From an uncultured bacterium (lineage in GTDB: Bacteria > Patescibacteriota > Minisyncoccia > UBA6257 > 2-01-FULL-56-20), in the NCBI GenBank assembly GCA_963719425.1, contig OY970382.1, positions 385,246 through 449,245 of the forward strand: a DNA stretch of 64,000 nucleotides. Reading direction: 5' to 3'. The notes under the pieces are model-generated. The model was not told the origin of the DNA, did not search any database, and saw only the letters and a program-made list of their open reading frames with translations. Made by a program: the position numbers and the translations under genes. Position 1 is the first letter of the stretch. Each line of letters starts with the position of its first letter. Of this stretch, positions 18,351-27,093 are shown one piece after another.

Positions 18351-19628
18351 ATGGTACGTTCGCGGATACGCCGCTTCCTTAAGGTCCTCGGGCCGGGTCT
18401 CATCACGGGCGCCGCGGACGACGACCCTTCCGGCATCGCAACATATTCACAGACGGGAGCCCAATTCGGTTACGGACAACTTTGGACGGCGGTTTTTCTT
18501 TACCCGCTCATGACTGCGGTTCAGGAGGCGGCCGCCCGCATCGGCGCTGTGACTCGAAAAGGCATTGCCGCAGTTACAAAAGAACATTATGCGCGGAGGG
18601 TGCTCTACGGCATTGTAGCGCTCGTCGTCGTCGCAAACACTATCAATATCGGCGCGGACATAGGCGCGATGGCCGCATCGCTCCGCCTGATTATTCCCGT
18701 TCCTTTTGTAATCGCCGCCCTCCTCTTCGTGGTTGTCATACTGCTCCTTGAGATTTTCATCCCGTATAAACGCTACGTGTGGATACTGAAATGGCTCGTT
18801 CTTGTCATGCTCGTCTATCCCGCAACGATGCTTATTGTGCAGGAACCGTGGGGCGAGATCTTGCGCGCGACTTTTCTTCCCCATCTTGCGTTCTCTCCCT
18901 TGTTCCTTTTCATTCTTACTGGCGTCGCCGGCACCACTATCTCACCGTACTTGTTTTTCTGGCAGGCGTCGGAAGAAGTCGAGGAGGAAATAAAGAAAAA
19001 GACCGCGATGCGGACTTCAATCGGCAAAACATTCATAAAAAATATGCGGATTGATAACGCATTCGGCATGCTCGTCTCGCAATTCACCACGTGGTGCATC
19101 ATTATCACCACCGCGACCGTTCTCAATCAGCATGGCGTCACAAATATTGCCACCGCCGCCGACGCGGCGAAAGCTCTCTTTCCTTTGGTGCGTACATTTC
19201 CCCATGCGGGATTCCTTGCCGAATGCATCTTCGCCGTAGGCGTGATCGGGCTTGGATTGCTCTCGGTGCCCGTGCTCGCCGGGTCTGCGGCATATGCGGT
19301 TGCGGAAACATTTGACTGGCACGAAGGACTTTATAGAAAACTACGTTCGGCGCACGGATTCTACGGCGTGATCACGCTTGCAACCCTCCTCGGCCTCTGC
19401 ATCAACTTCATCGGCATTGATCCAATAAAAGCACTCATCGTCGCAGCCGTCGTGAACGCCGTGGCCGCCGTGCCGCTCATCCTCGTCATCATTTTCATCT
19501 CATCGAACCGCACAATCATGGGCGAGCACGCGAGCGGAATTCTTTCGCAGACGTTCCTCTGGATCACATTCGCGGCGATGCTCATTGCCGCCGGCGCGAC
19601 CCTATGGACGACGTTTTTGCCCACTTAA
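18351..19628 (+). CDS. mntH: NRAMP-family divalent metal (Mn2+/Fe2+) transporter.
   Basis: LGPGLITGAADDDPSGIATYSQTGAQFGY motif and ~11 TM helices. Confidence 0.9.
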   Translation: MVRSRIRRFLKVLGPGLITGAADDDPSGIATYSQTGAQFGYGQLWTAVFLYPLMTAVQEAAARIGAVTRKGIAAVTKEHYARRVLYGIVALVVVANTINIGADIGAMAASLRLIIPVPFVIAALLFVVVILLLEIFIPYKRYVWILKWLVLVMLVYPATMLIVQEPWGEILRATFLPHLAFSPLFLFILTGVAGTTISPYLFFWQASEEVEEEIKKKTAMRTSIGKTFIKNMRIDNAFGMLVSQFTTWCIIITTATVLNQHGVTNIATAADAAKALFPLVRTFPHAGFLAECIFAVGVIGLGLLSVPVLAGSAAYAVAETFDWHEGLYRKLRSAHGFYGVITLATLLGLCINFIGIDPIKALIVAAVVNAVAAVPLILVIIFISSNRTIMGEHASGILSQTFLWITFAAMLIAAGATLWTTFLPT

Positions 19629-19794
19629 AAACTTGCAAGGCCGAAGCATCGGTAAAAAGTAAAGGGTTGGAGTTTGGGAAAATCAATGCACGCGAAGGGA
19701 AGCAGGGTGACCCCCATGTGGTTTGAATCTAGCCGCCGGAACGGACAGTTTTGGTGAAAGTGACCTGCCCAGGGTCAGTAAAGTGCAAGGTGAA

Positions 19795-20979
19795 TCACCT
19801 GCGCGGCGCGGAGACAACGAGGAAAAGTACAAAGCCGAGGAGCGATACCGCGGCGGCATACCCGAGCGCGACGCTTGAATCAACGATTGTCCATAAAAAT
19901 CCGCCGATGAGACCCGCGCCGAGCGACGAAAAGCCGACCGCCATGTTCAAAAATCCCTGGGCCGTCGCGATGAGCTCGTGCTCCGCGCCGAACGCTTTCG
20001 CGGCGAGCATCCGCTGCATCCCGTCGGTCGCCGCGGAGTAAAGTCCGAGCGCGGCAAACGAAACCGTAAGCATTACAATATGCGCTGAAGACAAAAGTCC
20101 GAGGTATGCAAGGACCGCAATGAGAAATCCTCCGGCGATCACCGCGCGCTCCCCGATCCGATCGGCCAATCGGCCGAGCGGTATTGAAAAGAGTACGAAC
20201 GCAAAGCTGTACACAAAATACATGAGCGGCACATCGGCCACGTTGCCCACCTCCTTCGCCTTCAAAAGCACGAGGGCGATAGGAAGCGTGCCAAGACCGA
20301 AGACGAAAATGGAAAGGACGATGGATACGAAACGCCGATGTGTGCGGAAAAGATTCCAGTTCAAACGCGGACGCGGTTTTTGAATGGCACTTTCAACTTT
20401 CTTATCTTTCACAAACACGAAAGACGCGATAGCCAGGAATCCGAGCACAAAGGCGATAAAAAAAAGCTTTCTGTAGTTCCCACCCAAAAACGGTAAAAGA
20501 AAAAATGCCGAGAGCGGGCCGATCGTCGCGCCCAATGTGTCCATCGCGCGGTGAAAGCCGTAGGAACGGCCGAGCTCCGATTCGGGCACCGACTCGGCGA
20601 TCAACGCATCGCGCGGCGCGTCGCGGAAGCCCTTGCCCACGCGATCCACGACGCGCAGGCCGAATACCTGCCAGAAGTTTTGCACGAACATCAGAAACCA
20701 CCTCGTGGCATCCGAAATGACGTAGCCCACGACCGCCGGCAGTTTGCGCTTGTGGACCTTGTCCGAGAACCATCCGGAGACCACCTTGAGCACGCTTGAA
20801 ATTGCGTCCGCCGCGCCGTCTATAAAGCCCACGAAGATCGCGGGGGCGCCCAGGACAGAGGTAAGGAAAACGGGCATTACCGACTGCACCATTTCGCCCG
20901 AGAGGTCATTGAACATGCTGACGAGTCCGAGGAAGAAAATATTCTTCCGCACGCCCATGATCTTTTTCTCTTCGTCCAT
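19795..20979 (-). CDS. MFS transporter.
   Basis: 394 aa with ~12 TM helices and MFS-like loops. Confidence 0.8.
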   Translation of the reverse strand: MDEEKKIMGVRKNIFFLGLVSMFNDLSGEMVQSVMPVFLTSVLGAPAIFVGFIDGAADAISSVLKVVSGWFSDKVHKRKLPAVVGYVISDATRWFLMFVQNFWQVFGLRVVDRVGKGFRDAPRDALIAESVPESELGRSYGFHRAMDTLGATIGPLSAFFLLPFLGGNYRKLFFIAFVLGFLAIASFVFVKDKKVESAIQKPRPRLNWNLFRTHRRFVSIVLSIFVFGLGTLPIALVLLKAKEVGNVADVPLMYFVYSFAFVLFSIPLGRLADRIGERAVIAGGFLIAVLAYLGLLSSAHIVMLTVSFAALGLYSAATDGMQRMLAAKAFGAEHELIATAQGFLNMAVGFSSLGAGLIGGFLWTIVDSSVALGYAAAVSLLGFVLFLVVSAPRR

Positions 20980-21020
20980 CGCTCTATTATACCGCGCGTT
21001 TTGGGATATACTAATGGAAT

Positions 21021-22187
21021 ATGCCTCCGCAAAAAAGATCCGTCATTTCCCGCGCACGGAGCTGGTATGCGCGGTTTGAACGGCCGATCTCGTCCCTATC
21101 GCTCGTCGGCGGGTTCGTATTTGACGCACTCACGCTGCGGCGCGTGGACGTGTGGCTGGATAATTTCTGGGTGATCGCGCATCTTACGATCGTCACGATC
21201 TGCGCCGTCTGGATCAATCTTTTGGACAATACCGTGAGCGAGACCGGCGTACGGCCGGAAGTGGACCCGCGCAAACTCCACTTCTGGCTCGTGAACGTTA
21301 TGCAGTTCTTTTTCGGCGGCATCCTGTCCGTCTATCTCGTCTTTTATTTTCGGAGCGGCACGTTCGCAACGAGCTGGCCATTCCTTTTGCTCCTTGCCGT
21401 CGCATTCCTTGCAAATGAATCCCTGAAGCGGCGCTTTGCGCGGCTCTCGTTCCAGATCGCACTTCTCTTCCTCGCGTTCTATTCCTTCGCCATCTATCTC
21501 ATGCCGATCCTCCTCCACACGATCGGCACGACGGTATTTTTGATAAGCGGCGCAGTAAGCGTAGCCGCGATCTGCGTGCTCCTTCTCATCCTTGCCCACT
21601 TTTCGCGCGAGCGGTTCAGGGGATGGAGCGGCTGGGCGGTGCTCTCTTCCATCGCGGGCATACTCATCATCGTGAACGGCCTTTATTTTTTGAACCTCAT
21701 CCCGCCGCTTCCCCTCTCCCTGAAAGATGCCGACGTGTATCACTCGCTCGTTGCAAACGGTCCCGGCAATTATACGGTGGCCGACGAAAACCAGCCTACG
21801 ACCGGACTTGCTTCCGTGGATTTCCTCACGCGCTTTTTCGCAGTGAGCCAAACCGTCCATATCGTGGCGGGCGATTCGCTCACGGCATATACCGCCGTTT
21901 TTTCTCCTACGTCATTAAACGCGGACGTCATCCATGAGTGGCAATATTACAACGCGACGACGGGTACCTGGGTCACGCGCGGCCGCATCCCGCTCTCCGT
22001 CGTGGGCGGCAGCGACCGGGGCTACCGTACTTTTTCCGAAGAATCCGCAATAACCGCCGGTCCATGGCGCGTAAACGTGGAAACCCCGACCGGCCAAGTC
22101 ATCGGACGCCTGAACTTTGACGTGGTCGTGCAAAACGCGGAACCCGCGCTTGTCACGAAGGCGATCGGCGGGGCCGCAACGAATTGA
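21021..22187 (+). CDS. Membrane protein with an N-terminal polytopic region and a C-terminal extracytoplasmic beta domain, hypothetical.
   Basis: Complete 388-aa ORF whose stop overlaps the uppP start. Confidence 0.6.
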   Translation: MPPQKRSVISRARSWYARFERPISSLSLVGGFVFDALTLRRVDVWLDNFWVIAHLTIVTICAVWINLLDNTVSETGVRPEVDPRKLHFWLVNVMQFFFGGILSVYLVFYFRSGTFATSWPFLLLLAVAFLANESLKRRFARLSFQIALLFLAFYSFAIYLMPILLHTIGTTVFLISGAVSVAAICVLLLILAHFSRERFRGWSGWAVLSSIAGILIIVNGLYFLNLIPPLPLSLKDADVYHSLVANGPGNYTVADENQPTTGLASVDFLTRFFAVSQTVHIVAGDSLTAYTAVFSPTSLNADVIHEWQYYNATTGTWVTRGRIPLSVVGGSDRGYRTFSEESAITAGPWRVNVETPTGQVIGRLNFDVVVQNAEPALVTKAIGGAATN

Positions 22188-23062
22188 TACCCAATCGCAT
22201 GATCTCTTTCGCGCACGCAATAATGCTCGGCCTTCTCCAGGGCATCACGGAACTTTTCCCGATCTCAAGTTTGGGACACAGCATAATACTGCCCGGCCTT
22301 TTGGGATGGCATTTTGACGAGAACGCGACGGACGTGGTGGAATTTTTGGTCGCCACCCATCTTGCAACCGCGCTCGTATTATTCTTTATTTATTGGAAGG
22401 ATTGGGTGCGTGTCATACGCGGCATTTTCCGATCGCTCGCGGCGCGCGAAATTGCGCCGACCGACACCGATGCGAAACTCGGCTGGCTCCTTGTTGCGGG
22501 CACCGTGCCCGTCGGCATCGCGGGACTTTCGTTTGAAGAACAAGCCAAGCAATTTTTCGTCTCCCCGCGCCAAGCGGCATTCTTTCTTATAGTAAACGGC
22601 GCAATCCTTCTTGGCGCCGAACTCCTGCGCCGCCGCAAAACGCGCGCAAAACCGCAGGCCGAGATCGTTGAGGGCGCAGACGAGCGGATCGCAAAACTCT
22701 CGTGGGTACAGGCAATCAAGGTCGGCTGCATGCAAATACTCGCACTTGTTCCCGGCATCTCGCGGACCGGCTCCGCCATGACGGGCGGCCTTTTCGCAGA
22801 CCTCTCGCACGAAGACGCGCTCCGCTTCTCGTTCCTGCTCGCGACGCCGATCATCGGCGCCGCCGCGCTCCTTGAACTTCCCGGGCTTTTCGCCGCAGGC
22901 GGCGCTATCCTCCAAGCTGCTCTTGTGGGCGCCCTCGCGGCCGCCATCGCCGCCTATCTTTCCGTCAAATTCCTCGTCCACCATTTCAAAACGAAAACAC
23001 TCCTCCCTTTCGCGATGTACTGCTTCCTCGCCGGCGCGCTCGCACTATTTCTTATCCACTGA
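22184..23062 (+). CDS. uppP: Undecaprenyl-diphosphate phosphatase.
   Basis: GITELFPISSLGH and PGISRSG-like motifs. Confidence 0.9.
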   Translation: MIPNRMISFAHAIMLGLLQGITELFPISSLGHSIILPGLLGWHFDENATDVVEFLVATHLATALVLFFIYWKDWVRVIRGIFRSLAAREIAPTDTDAKLGWLLVAGTVPVGIAGLSFEEQAKQFFVSPRQAAFFLIVNGAILLGAELLRRRKTRAKPQAEIVEGADERIAKLSWVQAIKVGCMQILALVPGISRTGSAMTGGLFADLSHEDALRFSFLLATPIIGAAALLELPGLFAAGGAILQAALVGALAAAIAAYLSVKFLVHHFKTKTLLPFAMYCFLAGALALFLIH

Positions 23063-23299
23063 CCCGCCCGCGGCGGCGCCCGTACTCTTTTTCCCCGTCC
23101 TGAACCACGCGAATACGAACAACGCCGCGCCCACGATGAATGCCCCCAAACCGTGTTTGAAATGGACCGAGCTCAACGCCGGATTATATCCCGGCAGATA
23201 CGACGGCAGCATGTTCGCCGGCGTCATCCAATAGACGAGCGCCACCCCAACAAAGACCAAACCGACCACAACCGCGAGCACATTCAATGTTTTACGCAT
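23045..23299 (-). CDS. Small two-TM membrane protein (84 aa), hypothetical.
   Basis: ORF with two hydrophobic helices. Confidence 0.4.
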   Translation of the reverse strand: MRKTLNVLAVVVGLVFVGVALVYWMTPANMLPSYLPGYNPALSSVHFKHGLGAFIVGAALFVFAWFRTGKKSTGAAAGGSVDKK

Positions 23300-23328
23300 G
23301 CATCAATTGTAGCAAATTACCGCTCAAT

Positions 23329-23928
23329 CTATCTGCCATTATATTTCCTCATAATCCGGCGATAGATCCGGATGAGGACGAACATAATGACAGCGACCGC
23401 AACGACCGCCGCGAATAAGCTTACGATGTTAGAAAAGTCGCTCCAATAGCTTCCGACCGCATAGCCGAGCGCGAGCGCCACGAAGGGCTCTATAAAGTTC
23501 CCCAGAAAATCGTAAACGAGGAAGACAAAAAACGGCACCGCAACGATGCCCGCGAGAAAATTCGCGATCGGGCTTAATGAGCCCGCAAAGCGAGTGGTGA
23601 AAACGGTGACCGCCGCGTCCGTGCGGAGCTCTTCTTTCAGATAGTCAAAAAAACGGGCTTTGTGCAACCGCAAAACCCGAATGATCGCGTCGCCGTAGCG
23701 CCGCGTGAGCGCGTAGCCCGAGAGATCGCCCAGGGTGTTTGCAACGACCGCGACCGCGAGCGAAAGCCAAAAGCTGAAATAGCCCTGGCTTGCGAAGGCG
23801 CCCACGGCGAGGAGCATCGTGTTCCCGGGAAACGGGACGATGAGTGCGGCGGAATAGACGATCAAAAAAAGCGCGGCATATTTGTACACCAGGACGTACG
23901 ACAAAAGCGGGCCGAGCAGCGCTTCCAT
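23329..23928 (-). CDS. DedA / VTT-domain membrane protein.
   Basis: 199 aa with a DedA-like G-x-L-x-G-Y motif region. Confidence 0.75.
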   Translation of the reverse strand: MEALLGPLLSYVLVYKYAALFLIVYSAALIVPFPGNTMLLAVGAFASQGYFSFWLSLAVAVVANTLGDLSGYALTRRYGDAIIRVLRLHKARFFDYLKEELRTDAAVTVFTTRFAGSLSPIANFLAGIVAVPFFVFLVYDFLGNFIEPFVALALGYAVGSYWSDFSNIVSLFAAVVAVAVIMFVLIRIYRRIMRKYNGR

Positions 23929-23935
23929 TGGTCGT

Positions 23936-24349
23936 TTATCGTGCCGTCAGATATTCACACACTGCAATTTCCACCTGGTTTAAAAACGCAGTGGGGTCCA
24001 AAGACCTGCTCCTCGCGTAGCCGCCGAGGGAAAGCTGCGGATAATGCGGGTCAGCAATGGACAAGCGAGTTCTCAAATAATCGGGAGGGAGATTGAAAAT
24101 CTTGTCCAGATAATCAAACGTCATCCAGGAGCGGATAAGGCCCACGTCGCTCGCCGTCAAGGGACCGTGATACTTGACGAAAGATGCTATGAAAAATTCG
24201 CGCGCGTTCATGATTTGAGCACGCCGCAGTGCGCGGTATTGCAGCACAAAAAAGACGACCAAGACGGCGAGAATTATAGCTAGGATTATCAGGGTATACT
24301 TTACCTGCCGGGCAAGCCGCTGGTTCCGATGATTGGGTTCGACTGGCAT
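23936..24349 (-). CDS. Membrane-anchored hypothetical protein (137 aa).
   Basis: Single N-terminal TM. Confidence 0.5.
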   Translation of the reverse strand: MPVEPNHRNQRLARQVKYTLIILAIILAVLVVFFVLQYRALRRAQIMNAREFFIASFVKYHGPLTASDVGLIRSWMTFDYLDKIFNLPPDYLRTRLSIADPHYPQLSLGGYARSRSLDPTAFLNQVEIAVCEYLTAR

Positions 24350-24498
24350 ATACCTATTATAGCCGTTCCACGCGCCGTTTCGTTACCCGCATGGATATAA
24401 ACTCGTTTAACGACTTAACAATTAACAGCATACGAAATTGTCCGCCATTTTGCAACGTTGCCCGCGCAAGCCCGGCCGTGATATACTCTCCGTACCGA

Positions 24499-24912
24499 AT
24501 GACCAAAGAACAACAGTGGCAAATGAAGCAGGTGAGGCGTGCGACATGGATTTTCATCGCGATTGCCGCCGCACTTTCCATTCTTCTCTACCTCAAAAAT
24601 CTGCCGCCGCCGAATGGAACCTATGATGCGTTTGCCAAGTGCATCGCGAGCACCACGGCGAAATTCTACGGCGCGTTTTGGTGCCCCCACTGCGAGGATC
24701 AAAAGCGCGAATTCGGCGATGCTGCCCAGTATCTCCCCTACGTAGAATGCTCAACGCCGGATGCCTCGGGAGAAACCAAGCCATGCAAAGACGCGGGCAT
24801 CACGGAATACCCGACATGGTACTTCCCCGACGGCTCAAGTTCCACAGGCGTTCAATCGCTGCAGACGCTTTCCCAAAAAACCGGCTGTTCCCTGTCCACG
24901 TCCACGCCGTAG
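24499..24912 (+). CDS. Membrane-anchored thioredoxin-fold thiol-disulfide oxidoreductase (DsbA/BdbD-like) with a CPHC active site.
   Basis: KFYGAFWCPHCEDQKREFG. The probable start is the internal MTKEQQ at 24499; the track ORF begins at 24391. Confidence 0.7.
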   Translation: MTKEQQWQMKQVRRATWIFIAIAAALSILLYLKNLPPPNGTYDAFAKCIASTTAKFYGAFWCPHCEDQKREFGDAAQYLPYVECSTPDASGETKPCKDAGITEYPTWYFPDGSSSTGVQSLQTLSQKTGCSLSTSTP

Positions 24913-24936
24913 GGCATATGTAATATAATTCCATCT

Positions 24937-25494
24937 ATGGCCCCGTTCGCCGAGCACATCACGGATATTCTTTCGCTCCTCACGCTCCTCGCCGACATCT
25001 TTGCCGTGGCACTTTTTCTTCTGCTCATAACCCCGCTCAAGCGGCATGGCTGGGGCAGAACGCTCGCCGACTTTTTCGGCGAGCGGGCAATTTTCCTTTC
25101 GTTCCTCACCGCCTTCGCCGCCACCTTCGGCAGCTTGTTCTATTCGCAAGTAGTGGGATTCCCGCCATGCGATCTCTGCTGGTGGCAGCGCATCTTCCTC
25201 TATCCGCAAACGATCCTCCTTTTCACCGCGTTCATAAAAAAAGACGAGAATATGCGCCTGCATTCCATCGTCCTCTCAAGCGTGGGCGCCCTGATCGCGC
25301 TCTATCAGACATTCATACAATTCGGCGGCATGTCGCTCGTCCCCTGCTCCGCCACCAGTCCGAGCTGCACCGTCTTATATTTCCTTGAGTACGGCTATAT
25401 CACCATCCCCACAATGTCCCTCACCGCGTTCGTGCTGCTTCTCCTCTTTATGGCGGCGCCGAATCCCAAACGGAAGGAAGTGAATGAGCTGTAA
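24937..25494 (+). CDS. DsbB/BdbC-family disulfide bond formation protein.
   Basis: Four TM helices and a CDLCWWQRI motif. Adjacent to the thioredoxin-like gene. Confidence 0.75.
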   Translation: MAPFAEHITDILSLLTLLADIFAVALFLLLITPLKRHGWGRTLADFFGERAIFLSFLTAFAATFGSLFYSQVVGFPPCDLCWWQRIFLYPQTILLFTAFIKKDENMRLHSIVLSSVGALIALYQTFIQFGGMSLVPCSATSPSCTVLYFLEYGYITIPTMSLTAFVLLLLFMAAPNPKRKEVNEL

Positions 25495-25505
25495 CTCGCG
25501 CTTTC

Positions 25506-26606
25506 TTACCGCAACGTCACGCAAACAATCTCCGATTTCGTCCCAAACCGCAAGGGCGGCCCCCAAGTACCTGCGCCGCTTGAGATATATACCTGCATAC
25601 CATTCAAACGCATGAGGCCATAATCAAAGCCGCGATATATCCTCCGAGTCAAAAAATTAATCGGGAAGATCTGGCCATGGTGGGTGTGGCCGGACAGCAC
25701 GAGCGGAACTCCCACGTCGCGCGCGACCGTAAGGTGGCTCGGTTCGTGTTTGATAAGAATTGTGGGCTTGTCTTTGGGAATACTCATGTCGTGTAATACA
25801 CGCGCGAAATCGTTTTTGTGATGTACGGCCCTATTGTCCACGCCCGCAATCGCAAGTCCCTCGAGATCCGCAACTTCGTTATTTAAAATCCTGATGCCGA
25901 CGGCCCGTATCGCTGCAAGCGCCTCCGTCATGTTTGGCAAAAAATATTCGTGATTGCCTGTCACGAAATAAACACCCTGCAGCGGGCGGAGCGATCGCAG
26001 CGGTTCAATGAGCGCCGCGGCATCGCACCGCGTGCCGTCGTAGAGATCACCGCCGATCGCAACGGCTTCCGGATGCAATGCGTTTATCCTCTCCGCAACC
26101 TTCCGCGCGAATGCCTGACGCCGCACATTCCCCAAGTGAAGATCGCTCACGAACGCGAGGCGTTTCCCCCGCCACGACGCGGGGAGATCGGGAAGCGCGA
26201 TATCCAAAAACGTCGTCCCCACCCTGCCGCTCATCCACGTTCCATAACAATGCAGAAGAAAAAGTGCCCCAAAAGCAATGCCGCCGAGGAAGGCGGGCGG
26301 CACATAAACGTTCGTGCGATACAGCACGTTCGCGGACAGGAAAAACAAAACTGCGCCCACAAAGAGAAAATGTACGAGACCGAACCAATATGCAGCAGCG
26401 GTATAAAACCAGTCAACTGCACGGCCGCGGTACCGGTGGGTAAGAAGGGACGCCGAAAGAAAAGTAAACGCCAAGACCGTAAAGGCTATTTCAAGCGCTG
26501 TCCCGCCGATGCCGAACGCCGCAGCCAAGGTCGCGTACACCGCGAGATGGACGAATATCAAAAGAACTTGCAGCGCGCACAGCACGAGGATGACCGTAAG
26601 CAGCAT
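25506..26606 (-). CDS. Membrane-anchored calcineurin-like metallophosphoesterase.
   Basis: GDLHLG, GDLYDG and GNHEY motifs. Confidence 0.8.
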   Translation of the reverse strand: MLLTVILVLCALQVLLIFVHLAVYATLAAAFGIGGTALEIAFTVLAFTFLSASLLTHRYRGRAVDWFYTAAAYWFGLVHFLFVGAVLFFLSANVLYRTNVYVPPAFLGGIAFGALFLLHCYGTWMSGRVGTTFLDIALPDLPASWRGKRLAFVSDLHLGNVRRQAFARKVAERINALHPEAVAIGGDLYDGTRCDAAALIEPLRSLRPLQGVYFVTGNHEYFLPNMTEALAAIRAVGIRILNNEVADLEGLAIAGVDNRAVHHKNDFARVLHDMSIPKDKPTILIKHEPSHLTVARDVGVPLVLSGHTHHGQIFPINFLTRRIYRGFDYGLMRLNGMQVYISSGAGTWGPPLRFGTKSEIVCVTLR

Positions 26607-26608
26607 GG

Positions 26609-27013
26609 CTACGAATTCTCCCTTGCTATTTTTCCCAGGATTGCGATGAGTGTCGCGCGCTCCCGTGGCGTGAGTACCGCGAACATCCTGTTCAACTGCC
26701 CTGCTTTTTTGCGGATACCCTGTGCAAGGAACTCCTTACCGCGACTGGTAAGCTTGATACGCACCGTACGCCGGTCTTTTTTGTCAAACGACCGCGCAAG
26801 CAACTTGTCCTTCACCAATCCGTCAATGAGAAGCGTCGCCGCCGGCGGCGTCACGCGAAGGTACCGTGCGACATCGTGCATGAAGGGACGCCCTTCCTCT
26901 TGCACATATCGAAGCGTGTGGAAATGCAGCATGGAGTACGCATGGTGCTCGTCCCGCATGCGGCGTCCGACGCAAAAGAGCAAAGAAAGGATCTTGACGT
27001 TCTTGGAGGGCAT
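26609..27013 (-). CDS. MarR-family transcriptional regulator.
   Basis: 134 aa with a winged-HTH MarR pattern. Confidence 0.8.
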   Translation of the reverse strand: MPSKNVKILSLLFCVGRRMRDEHHAYSMLHFHTLRYVQEEGRPFMHDVARYLRVTPPAATLLIDGLVKDKLLARSFDKKDRRTVRIKLTSRGKEFLAQGIRKKAGQLNRMFAVLTPRERATLIAILGKIARENS

Positions 27014-27093
27014 GGATAATTAGGTTACTTAACTATTATGCGGCCTGGCAGCGAAGGATGTCAAGGAGGCATAGTGAATGCTATAATTAAGGC

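Noticed and set aside
21096-21860. ORF 21096..21860(-), 254 aa.
   Set aside because: Antisense to the 21021..22187 membrane-protein gene, charged low-complexity composition.
25950-27023. ORF 25950..27023(+), 357 aa.
   Set aside because: Antisense to the metallophosphoesterase and MarR genes, Arg-rich.
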